DNA from: Sulfolobus acidocaldarius DSM 639
Lineage (GTDB): Archaea > Thermoproteota > Thermoprotei_A > Sulfolobales > Sulfolobaceae
DNA: 32,000 bases
Assembly: GCF_000012285.1 (NCBI RefSeq)
Contig: NC_007181.1
Location: 1,530,001-1,562,000 of the forward strand
Reading direction: 5' to 3'
The notes beneath the pieces were generated by a model that had not been told where the DNA came from, made no database searches, and was given only the letters and a program-made list of their open reading frames with translations. Position numbers and translations under genes: made by a program. Of the stretch, positions 7,526 to 15,949 are shown piece by piece (the first letter of the stretch is position 1; every line of letters begins with the position of its first letter).

Positions 7526-8314
7526 ATGAAGTTTCAAACGCTGTTCTTCACGATTTATGGAGACTACATTATAAACTACGGAAATAGCATAACTGTGAGG
7601 AGTTTGATAAAGATAATGAGAGAGTTCGGTTTCACAGAGGGGGCAATAAGGGCAGGTCTATTCCGTTTAAGGCAAAAGGGACTGGTGGACATGATTGACA
7701 GGAGGAGGTGTAGTTTATCCGAAGCTGGGTTATATAGGTTACAGGAAGGTATGAAAAGAGTCTACGAGAAGAGGAACGGAGAGTGGGACGGAAAATGGAG
7801 AATAGTAGTTTACAATATACCTGAGTCAAATAGGAGTGTCAGAGACGAGATGAGAAAAACCTTAAAGTGGTTGGGCTTTGGATACCTGGCTCAATCGACA
7901 TGGATATCGCCAAACCCAGTTGAGGAGAGCCTAACTAAATTCATTAATGAATTAAAAGATAGTAGAACCAATGTTGACATATTCTTCTTTATTTCGGACT
8001 TTGTTGGAAATCCCCTTGAGATAGTAAGGAAGTGTTGGGATCTGAAAGAGGTCGAGGAGAAATATAAGGAGTTTGTGAACCAATGGGGCAAAGTTATGGA
8101 GAACATATCTTCTCTGAAACCAAATGAGGCATTCATAACCAGAATTAGATTGGTTCATGAATACAGGAAATTTTTACACATTGATCCAAACTTACCTAAA
8201 GATCTACTACCGCCAAATTGGGTAGGTTACGAGGCATATGAGCTATTTCAAAAACTGAGGAATAAGCTCTCAACATTGTCTGACCAGTTCTTTAAGTCGG
8301 TATATGAACCTTGA
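7526..8314 (+). CDS. paaX: PaaX-family transcriptional regulator
   Basis: LFFTIYGDY, the wHTH-like region LIKIMREFGFTEGAIRAGLFRLRQKGL, and WDGKWRIVVYNIPE...LKWLGFGYLAQSTWISP all parallel E. coli PaaX (SLYGDS..., ...WDGKWLLLL...LIWQGFGALAPSLMASP). The track ORF begins at GTG 7517. The ATG at 7526 is the likely start. Confidence 0.85.
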   Translation: MKFQTLFFTIYGDYIINYGNSITVRSLIKIMREFGFTEGAIRAGLFRLRQKGLVDMIDRRRCSLSEAGLYRLQEGMKRVYEKRNGEWDGKWRIVVYNIPESNRSVRDEMRKTLKWLGFGYLAQSTWISPNPVEESLTKFINELKDSRTNVDIFFFISDFVGNPLEIVRKCWDLKEVEEKYKEFVNQWGKVMENISSLKPNEAFITRIRLVHEYRKFLHIDPNLPKDLLPPNWVGYEAYELFQKLRNKLSTLSDQFFKSVYEP

Positions 8315-8533
8315 ACGATTAAATCACGGATTTTTGTTATCGAGTCTTCTTCTATTATCACAAAGAATAAGCATTATCCCCTTAAATTAAGTTAACAGTG
8401 CCTAAAACCACGGAGTTTTTGAGACCCTTAATTTAAGTTAAAGTATACACACTCAGTTATATTCTCTTCAAGTAATCAAAAAAACTAGAGCGAGATTTCA
8501 GGTAAATTAAGATCTAAGTGAAAAAAGATTAAT

Positions 8534-8887
8534 TTACTTGTTTGAGGTGGAGGGTTTTTTAATTATTAAATTCACTATTAACGCTGTCAGTAACGATATT
8601 ATGCCATAGATCAATGGGTAAAGCAATACCACTACAACCCCATTCAATCCTAAAATTCCACCAACTTTATCTGCCAATTGAAGAACGTTCCCTAGGGGAT
8701 ATAAAAGGTAAAGCGAAAGTGAGGCTATAAACCCTACTAGGAACCCTGAGATAGCTGAGTATTTTCTACTCAGTAATCCCAAAGGAATACCAACTAGTAT
8801 GGCAGTAAATGGGTAAAGTACAAACAGTTCAAAGATGTAAGCTAGAATAATGGACACAACTATGTAAATTATTGATCTAGTCTTCAT
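8534..8887 (-). CDS. Small integral membrane protein (about 4 TM), translationally coupled to the acylase gene
   Basis: 117 aa, almost entirely hydrophobic helices. Its ATG (8887-8885) sits 1 nt after the acylase TGA (8891-8889), reading TGAAATG on the minus strand. Confidence 0.6.
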   Translation of the reverse strand: MKTRSIIYIVVSIILAYIFELFVLYPFTAILVGIPLGLLSRKYSAISGFLVGFIASLSLYLLYPLGNVLQLADKVGGILGLNGVVVVLLYPLIYGIISLLTALIVNLIIKKPSTSNK

Positions 8888-8888
8888 T

Positions 8889-11342
8889 TCAATCAGCCTC
8901 CAATGTTATGTTAGCGATAGTAGTGTAACCATACCCGGAGTATGATACATACCTAAAGTTTAGCCAAAGTGGTAGTTGGTTTTGGCTGTACTGATTGAAT
9001 ATTCCCTCTGATGGTCCTCCTGGGAATATCCCGTAGAACAGTGAGGAGTTAATGCATGCGACAAATCTAAGTGAGGACCCTACAGTAACATATGGTAGTG
9101 GAACAGTCGGTACGTATGGGGTTGAACCCACTGCCAAAGTGTGAGGGTCTCCAAATATGGGTATTGGACCTATGGATAACTGACTTAACTGTAATGGATC
9201 ATAGATCTCAAGGAAGTGTACTTTACCCCAGTTCCAGCCACTTACATTAGTTCCTAACTCTTGTTGGAGCAGTGAGATAGCTTTGGCAAAGGCATTTTGA
9301 ACAAGGCTATTGAAATTACCGTTAACCCATATTGATGTAGGATCATTTAGAGCAATATAGATAAGGTCAGGGACAACATAAGGTATACCGGAGATGCCTA
9401 TAATTCCTAGACCATAGTTGTCAAGTATCCTAGCCATACTCATGTTTACCATTTCTGCCACTATATACGTATATATTGTGGGTGCGACCTCTCCCTGGTA
9501 GAATGTATAGTTCCATGATTTAAGGTATTGTACTGCTTGAGCCTCAATTGTCGTATTCCCGTTACCTATGGCTTTAAGTAGAAGAGGTGTGAGCTGAGAA
9601 GCCCAATAATCCGTCACATTTGACTGTAATGACATCATATCGCTCACGTCCACAGACTTCTGGTACTTAAGATAATGATATATGTCCTCTGCTCTTCCTC
9701 CAGAACTCCAATAACCACCTATAAATGGATAAGGATAATTTATCCAGGCAGTTGGCTGATTTGGAGCGAAGGCATAACCTCTTGACGGGTCAAACACTTG
9801 GGGTAAGTACTTGAACGGAACATAACCTACTGGTTCAAACTTACTGGTGGTACCGTTTAGGGGTGTTCTTGCACCAATGACTAAGACGGTCTTCCCGTTG
9901 GGTAAGGTCTCGTTTATAAGGGGATAAGAGCCAGCCACAATGTAGCCCGCATGGTTTCTGCTTATCATTGCTATGTTCTGCGGTGGTATTACCCAGTACT
10001 TAGCAGCATTTATTAAGTCGTTGAAGGAAGTGGAGTTGTCTAGCAGAAGTATTGCAATAACAGTAAGTATTGGTTCTTTCATAGCAGTCCAATAAAGGCT
10101 TATCCCGTAATTTCCTTCTCTTGCAACTAATGGTCCGTTATTAGTGTAATAAACGGTATAGGTCTTTCCCATAAGTGTGTAGTTATATTCCTGCATCGGA
10201 TACCATTTACCGTCAAAGTAATAGTAAGTCCCATTAACCCTTTCCACATAGGCATTAGACGAGCTCCCCTCTGGAGTTGTCAACCCCCACACAGTGTAAG
10301 GTGTATGCCCTATAAGTACTCCAGGGATTCCAACTAGTCCCCAACCTGTAACATTAAATCCTCCCCCAACTAGTTGTAAGGGTATCCACACTGAAGGGTA
10401 AAGTAATGGTAAATGTGGATCATTGGCTAATATAGGTCCTTGAGATGAGAAGTTAGATGTAATTACCCATGAGTTGCTTGCCAGAATAGGTGCAGTGAAA
10501 TCAACGTAAGGGTCTGAGATGTTTAGTAGAGCATATTTCATTAAGGGCACTAGACTTATCAGCTGTTGTTTAGTTAAGCCTGTTGCCCATGACTGATACC
10601 AGTCCAGTGACCATAGATATGACGGAGATATCCCCTGACTTGTGAGATTGTAACCGTTAACAGTCCCATCACCAGGCATCACTGTGAGATTACCATCAAT
10701 GAAGTGCGGATAGTAAGGATTTATCTCGTTGACCTCTGAGAAGTTGAAATATGCGTAGAGGAGGGCAGATGCTAGTTCGTCCGAAAAACCTGAGGTTAAA
10801 CTCCATGCCATGTATTCTCCGAACGCCAGCGAATATATCGGTGCCCAGTTATACGGCTTAACCCCTAAAAACTTAAACTCGAGTGGTAAATTCCTGTAAC
10901 TCAGAGTGCTAATGTAATCATTGACCCCCTCAGAGAAGTCTACGAGGTAAGAGTAAACGGTAGGATAATTTTCCCTTATATAGTTGGTGCTCATATTAGC
11001 GTTCTGAGGTATACCAATTAAGTGCATGGCAATGTCTGAGCTCAGTCCCCTACTACCTACCCATGAGCTCAGGTTTCCCATGGCAAGTAGACCGAAAAAC
11101 TCCATCTGAAAGAGTCTCTGGCTCGCCTCGTAATAACCCTCTGCCAGGAGAAGGTCATGAAGGTTATCAGCGTAAATGTGGGCAATACCATTGTTGTCCA
11201 CATATATATTAACGTTACCCTGAAGCCCATTAATATGGGTTACGTAAGTTAATTCCTTAGTGTTTCCTGTTGTAACCCAGACTCCTAAGTAAGGGTTCAA
11301 AATCGCAAGGGGTAGAGTGAACAGAGATACTAGTATTAACAC
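8889..11342 (-). CDS. Penicillin acylase / penicillin amidase family Ntn hydrolase (PF01804-like), secreted and sequon-rich
   Basis: 817 aa. The Ntn nucleophile context is ILASNSWVITS (the SNxW motif at the start of the beta chain in this family), and the length and architecture fit the family. It has an N-terminal hydrophobic anchor and many N-x-S/T sequons. The GTG start at 11342 is uncertain. The frame stays open upstream to 11390 (CKISIRNYVFAGILVV...) with no ATG. Confidence 0.85.
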   Translation of the reverse strand: MLILVSLFTLPLAILNPYLGVWVTTGNTKELTYVTHINGLQGNVNIYVDNNGIAHIYADNLHDLLLAEGYYEASQRLFQMEFFGLLAMGNLSSWVGSRGLSSDIAMHLIGIPQNANMSTNYIRENYPTVYSYLVDFSEGVNDYISTLSYRNLPLEFKFLGVKPYNWAPIYSLAFGEYMAWSLTSGFSDELASALLYAYFNFSEVNEINPYYPHFIDGNLTVMPGDGTVNGYNLTSQGISPSYLWSLDWYQSWATGLTKQQLISLVPLMKYALLNISDPYVDFTAPILASNSWVITSNFSSQGPILANDPHLPLLYPSVWIPLQLVGGGFNVTGWGLVGIPGVLIGHTPYTVWGLTTPEGSSSNAYVERVNGTYYYFDGKWYPMQEYNYTLMGKTYTVYYTNNGPLVAREGNYGISLYWTAMKEPILTVIAILLLDNSTSFNDLINAAKYWVIPPQNIAMISRNHAGYIVAGSYPLINETLPNGKTVLVIGARTPLNGTTSKFEPVGYVPFKYLPQVFDPSRGYAFAPNQPTAWINYPYPFIGGYWSSGGRAEDIYHYLKYQKSVDVSDMMSLQSNVTDYWASQLTPLLLKAIGNGNTTIEAQAVQYLKSWNYTFYQGEVAPTIYTYIVAEMVNMSMARILDNYGLGIIGISGIPYVVPDLIYIALNDPTSIWVNGNFNSLVQNAFAKAISLLQQELGTNVSGWNWGKVHFLEIYDPLQLSQLSIGPIPIFGDPHTLAVGSTPYVPTVPLPYVTVGSSLRFVACINSSLFYGIFPGGPSEGIFNQYSQNQLPLWLNFRYVSYSGYGYTTIANITLEAD

Positions 11343-11397
11343 AACTACTAAAATGCCTGCAAATACGTAATTCCTAATACTAATTTTACATCACCTC

Positions 11398-11607
11398 CTA
11401 AAACTGTCCAGTGGGTGTTGAAGTTCTGATATGGTTAAGGAGAGTATTTATCGCGTATTTATCTCCTAGTTGCACAATCGTCGAGGGAGATAATTTAGAA
11501 TGGTGGTCTGTCCCACATACGCTCCCTGTTGATCCCAAGATTGTTGTATCTTTTTCAACGTCTCGGTTTCTTAAGGACAAACTCAGAAGTGGTTTGTTTT
11601 TCTTCAT
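11398..11607 (-). CDS. Hypothetical small protein (weak call)
   Basis: 69 aa, ATG start, with an A/T-rich box about 25 nt upstream on the minus strand. It ends just before the acylase gene. I see no recognisable motif, and an equally long ORF lies on the opposite strand. Confidence 0.3.
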   Translation of the reverse strand: MKKNKPLLSLSLRNRDVEKDTTILGSTGSVCGTDHHSKLSPSTIVQLGDKYAINTLLNHIRTSTPTGQF

Positions 11608-11805
11608 AATGATCTAATTTATAGATATATTTAACTAATTAAATATCTGCAGCTAATAACTGACTTTTCACTTCTTGTTAACTAGACAAATTGGGATTAA
11701 AAATTTTAATTATCTTTACATAAGGAAACTTGAAGACAATCTTGAATTTATAAAATAAATTTCAAATATAGGAAAATTTAATATTCAAAAAGTACATTAT
11801 GTATA

Positions 11806-13482
11806 ATGATGTCTGAGGACTCATGGAAAAACGTTTATTCATACCTCTCTAACTCTTACGGCAAAAACCACTTCACTATTGATAAACCATTTCAACAACT
11901 TTTGAAGTACTTTAGAGGGGCTGTCCCCGATCTGACACCATTAGGTGAATTTGCTGGAGGGGAGTTACTGGAAATTTCAGATTATATAGATAAAGGGGCT
12001 CACCCTAAACACATCATGTGGAGTATAGACGGACAAAGAGTTGATGAGGTCTGGATTTCACCTATGCAAAGGTTAGTTCTAGAGAGATTGTTAAAAGAGT
12101 ACCACGTTAATGCCTATCCGTATAAGGGAGGGGATTGGTTCCAGCACTTTGCATCAATATACCTAATCTCAGATCCCGGAATAGCGTGTATCCTGACTGT
12201 GACAAATCAAACAGCTTATACCCTATACAAGTACGGAGACGCTTATCAGAGAACACTTGTAGACGGAATGATCGGTGAAAACGATAAGATACTCTTTGGT
12301 GCAACATGGTTTACAGAAGTTCAGGGAGGAAGTGATTTAGGTGCTAACCTCGTTGAGGCTTATAAAGATGGGAATACTTGGAAATTAAACGGAATCACCA
12401 AGTATTTCGCCAGTGATGCAGGGTTAGCTCATTACGCTTTAGTTACAGCCAGACCTAAGGGAGCTCCATCAGGAGCAAAAGGGTTAGGTCTCTTCTTAGC
12501 CCCTAAATTAGATTCCTCAGGGAGAAGGAACTTTTTGATCAGGAGATTAAAGGAAAAAAGTGCTACTATCAGTGTTCCTACTGGAGAGGTAGAGTTTCAT
12601 GGTTCTGAAGCCCAACCTATAGGAGAGTTAAATCAGGGAATATACTACACAGTCGAGACCTTAACTGTGTCCAGAATAGCTAATGCATTTGGAGCTCTGG
12701 GATTAGCCAGGAAAGCGTATCTTGAGGCTTACTACTACGCACAAAAGAGGAAAGCATTTGGAAAACCCTTAATTGAACATCCGTTAGTACGTAGAGACCT
12801 ATTAGATATGGAAGTTTACATTGAGGGTACTATGGCACTTGCTCTGAAGTCAGTTAGTGAATTTCAGAAGTCGTGGATGTCGACTCCACCCTATAATGAA
12901 AATTACAATTACGCCAGGTTGTTGACTCACATAGCCAAGAATATGACTGCTGATATGTCAGCTTACGTCACCAAAATGGCTATGGAGCTTCATGGCGGTA
13001 TAGGGTTTCTGAGGGAGTTTCCCATAGAACGACTTCATAGGGAGGCTCTGATTACACCCATATGGGAGGGACCAAGTAATATTCAAGCTTTAGACATGCT
13101 TGAAGCATTGGTTAAAAAGAAAGCTCATTTGACACTTATAAAGGATATGGAGAATTTAGTAAATCAGTTGAAGGAGGATAGAGACCTTGGTGATCTAGCA
13201 TTAAGGAGTATTAATGAGTCCCTTTCAGGGATTTTGGGCATGCAGATTCAGGACGCCCAGTATTATGCGAAAGACCTACTGAATACCCTAGGTAATGCGG
13301 TTGCAACTGTTCTACTCCTTCATGCGGGGGAGAGTTTAGGATCCAGTAGGTTAAGGACAGTTGGCAAACTCTACGCTACGCGGTTCTTGGAGGGAAAAGT
13401 GTACCCGATTGAGGATCTCAGAGGTGGAGATGTAGTATTTATGATAGACGAAGTAGAGTTGAAGGCTGAGACAAATGGGTAA
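11806..13482 (+). CDS. Acyl-CoA dehydrogenase, long AidB-like form
   Basis: 558 aa. ACAD blocks are FGATWFTEVQGGSDLG, WKLNGITKYFASDAG, AFGKPLIEHPLVRRDL and HGGIGFLREFPIERLHREALITPIWEGPSNIQ. N- and C-terminal extensions match the ~550-aa AidB-type subgroup. A TATA-like box lies at 11774-11787. Confidence 0.85.
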   Translation: MMSEDSWKNVYSYLSNSYGKNHFTIDKPFQQLLKYFRGAVPDLTPLGEFAGGELLEISDYIDKGAHPKHIMWSIDGQRVDEVWISPMQRLVLERLLKEYHVNAYPYKGGDWFQHFASIYLISDPGIACILTVTNQTAYTLYKYGDAYQRTLVDGMIGENDKILFGATWFTEVQGGSDLGANLVEAYKDGNTWKLNGITKYFASDAGLAHYALVTARPKGAPSGAKGLGLFLAPKLDSSGRRNFLIRRLKEKSATISVPTGEVEFHGSEAQPIGELNQGIYYTVETLTVSRIANAFGALGLARKAYLEAYYYAQKRKAFGKPLIEHPLVRRDLLDMEVYIEGTMALALKSVSEFQKSWMSTPPYNENYNYARLLTHIAKNMTADMSAYVTKMAMELHGGIGFLREFPIERLHREALITPIWEGPSNIQALDMLEALVKKKAHLTLIKDMENLVNQLKEDRDLGDLALRSINESLSGILGMQIQDAQYYAKDLLNTLGNAVATVLLLHAGESLGSSRLRTVGKLYATRFLEGKVYPIEDLRGGDVVFMIDEVELKAETNG

Positions 13483-15016
13483 TTATTTCACTGTTTTTGA
13501 ACTCTTGAAAAGAGCGAAAGATCTGACACCTAATGTCGAGATCGTGTATGGTGACAATATATATACGTACAAGGAAGTTTATGAGAGGGTAGTGAAGCTT
13601 GCTAATTCTCTCCATAATCTTGGCATAAAGAAGGGGACAACAATAGGTGTTGCAGACTGGAACACCAACAGATTTGTGGAGTTACTCTATGCTTCAGCTC
13701 TGTTAGGCTGTGTAATTTACCCAGTTAACATTAGACTACCTCCTGAGCAAATAATCTGGACAATTAAATTCGCCAACGTGGAATGGTTGTTCATAAGCCG
13801 TGACTTTGAGGCGTTATCTAAGGTGTTTGATTCCTCTAAAGTTGTTTATCTAGATGGTAATAACGGTCAAATAAGTTATGAAGACCTCATTTCTAAGGGT
13901 GCTATGGAAAAGGTAAATTATGATGTTAAGGGAGGAGACCCTTACTCCATTCTGTTTACCTCAGGTACTACAGGTAAGCCGAAGGCTGTGATGTATACAC
14001 ACGAGAAGGTAATTCATGGTGCATTAAGTATAGTCCATCAGCTTGGTCTTTACAACTCTCCTGCAAAACTCTCCTCTAATGACGTCATAATGCCATTTAT
14101 CCCATTCTATCACTTGTGGTCGTGGGGTTCTGCATTTATAGCCTCTTACCTTGGAGCTAAATACGTCTTGACCGGTAAGTTTGACCCAAAAACCGCTATA
14201 CAACTAATCAAAAGGGAAAATGCTACGTGGATAAATGCAGTCCCCACAATGATACAGATGATATTATCTTCAGGAGAACAGTTGCCTGGAGTTAAAGCGC
14301 TTATAGGTGGACAGGCTATTCCCTATAATGTTGCTAAATCCATATCCGATGCAGGGTTAAAGTTCTCAACGATCTACGGAGGCACTGATATGTTGGCAAT
14401 ATCCATTTCAATTATACCAGGTAAGTTCCAAGTCAATGATGATATAGATTATTTACGCACAACTACCCATCCAGTCCCCTTTGTTGAGGTAAAGGTTATT
14501 AAACCAGATGGGACTGAGGCTAGTTACAACGAGATTGGTGAGTTATATGTTAGGGCTCCCTGGTTACCAGGTTCATACTACAATAATCCCGAAGAGACTC
14601 AGAGAGCGTATGACGAGAATGGCTGGTTCAAAACAGGTGATTTAGCAATAATAACAGAGGAAGGGGGTCTAAGGATAGTCGACAGATTAAAGGACGTGAT
14701 AAAGAGCGGTGGTGAGTGGATCCCCAGTAGCGTATTGGAGTCCATCATTTCGGAGATCCCTGCAGTCGAACAGGTTGCAGTATTAGGATATCCAGACCAG
14801 AAATGGGGAGAAAGACCTATGGCAGTAGTGAAACTGAAGCCAGGTCAAAGGACTGATCAAAAAGAGATTTTAGAATATCTTAGAGATGCAGTGAATAAGG
14901 GCAGGATAAATAAGTGGTGGCTACCTGATAAGATAGTGTTTGTTGATAATATGCCATTGACTAGCACAGGAAAGATAAATAAACTCGCCTTAAGGAAGGA
15001 TGTGGGAATAGGTTAA
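13475..15016 (+). CDS. Acyl-CoA synthetase (AMP-forming, medium/long-chain fatty-acid--CoA ligase type)
   Basis: 513 aa. Motifs are FTSGTTGKPKAVMYTH, YGGTDM, WFKTGDLA and TSTGKINK. The start overlaps the ACAD stop by 8 nt (ATGGGTAA). Confidence 0.9.
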   Translation: MGNYFTVFELLKRAKDLTPNVEIVYGDNIYTYKEVYERVVKLANSLHNLGIKKGTTIGVADWNTNRFVELLYASALLGCVIYPVNIRLPPEQIIWTIKFANVEWLFISRDFEALSKVFDSSKVVYLDGNNGQISYEDLISKGAMEKVNYDVKGGDPYSILFTSGTTGKPKAVMYTHEKVIHGALSIVHQLGLYNSPAKLSSNDVIMPFIPFYHLWSWGSAFIASYLGAKYVLTGKFDPKTAIQLIKRENATWINAVPTMIQMILSSGEQLPGVKALIGGQAIPYNVAKSISDAGLKFSTIYGGTDMLAISISIIPGKFQVNDDIDYLRTTTHPVPFVEVKVIKPDGTEASYNEIGELYVRAPWLPGSYYNNPEETQRAYDENGWFKTGDLAIITEEGGLRIVDRLKDVIKSGGEWIPSSVLESIISEIPAVEQVAVLGYPDQKWGERPMAVVKLKPGQRTDQKEILEYLRDAVNKGRINKWWLPDKIVFVDNMPLTSTGKINKLALRKDVGIG

Positions 15017-15053
15017 AGTGGGATAGACATTTGTTAAATTCCTGACATTCACC

Positions 15054-15659
15054 TCAATTTTTTAAGTAGAACTGTATGGCTAGATTAATAGCCTCTTGCA
15101 TTTTATCTAAGCTCATAAACGCCATATCTCTTTTGGACTCTATTGCACACTTCTCATGGCACGGTATATGTATAAACCCTCCCCTAGCGCCAATTCCTTT
15201 AGCCTCCCTGAGTACGAGGAACATAGTCATATTACAGATATACGATCCAGCACTGAGGCTTATCTCTGAGGGAATGTTCTTAGATTTCAGGTATTCAACT
15301 AATTCTTCTACAGGCAAATTAGAAAATATCCCGTCAGGCTCATTCATGTCAATTCTTTGTCCCTTATATGTGACTCCCATGTTATCAGGTATCCTGGAGT
15401 ACTTATAATTTATAGCAATTTTCTCAGGAGTGATCTTAGTTCTTCCAGGTGCCAATCCTATACCTAAAATTAGGTTTGGCTGGTAACGTCTTATACTCTG
15501 GGTCACCATTTCTTCAAGCTTATCGTATACAACAGGTAGTATTACTCCTATTATCTTATGCCCCTCAATTACATTACCGTTCAAATTTCTTACAATTATT
15601 TCAGATGGATTTTCACTATATTCAGAAAATGGTTCGAACCCAAATAACAAAACTGTCAT
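15054..15659 (-). CDS. pcp: Pyrrolidone-carboxylate (pyroglutamyl) peptidase I
   Basis: 201 aa. It has the family-typical N-terminus MTVLLFGFEPFSEYSENPSE, the catalytic Cys context SAGSYICN and the His context GGFIHIP. Confidence 0.9.
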   Translation of the reverse strand: MTVLLFGFEPFSEYSENPSEIIVRNLNGNVIEGHKIIGVILPVVYDKLEEMVTQSIRRYQPNLILGIGLAPGRTKITPEKIAINYKYSRIPDNMGVTYKGQRIDMNEPDGIFSNLPVEELVEYLKSKNIPSEISLSAGSYICNMTMFLVLREAKGIGARGGFIHIPCHEKCAIESKRDMAFMSLDKMQEAINLAIQFYLKN

Positions 15660-15949
15660 ACTAAAATTTTTAATTTTCTGATTAAAATTTTTAATTCAAT
15701 TTTAGACATAGGTTGCTTTTGCAGTGAGGGGGAGAATGAGAGGAGTTTAGAGCCTTTGACAAAAGGTAAATGCAACTTTGTACTATATTACCCTCTCTCC
15801 TCACAATCCGTATTTAGGTCTACATCGTCGAAGACATATCACAAAACTAAAAACCCTTAATTCATCTCAGTTAACTAAATCATTTCTAATAAAGCGTATA
15901 TCCTGACGATCCTAATCTTAAATACTAAATTTTCCACTAAACCAAAATA

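Noticed and set aside
11411-11617. 68-aa plus-strand ORF starting with GTG
   Set aside because: It shares its DNA with a minus-strand ATG ORF. It has no motif, an improbable Trp/Cys-rich composition, and would terminate inside the ACAD promoter region. It is kept only as an alternative in a finding.
15631-15641. GGTTCGAACCC, reminiscent of a tRNA T-arm
   Set aside because: It encodes the conserved GFEPF of pyroglutamyl peptidase on the minus strand. No acceptor, D or anticodon arms can be drawn around it.
15076-15664. Plus-strand ORFs 15076..15408 and 15449..15664
   Set aside because: They are antisense to the pyroglutamyl peptidase gene, which carries unmistakable catalytic motifs.
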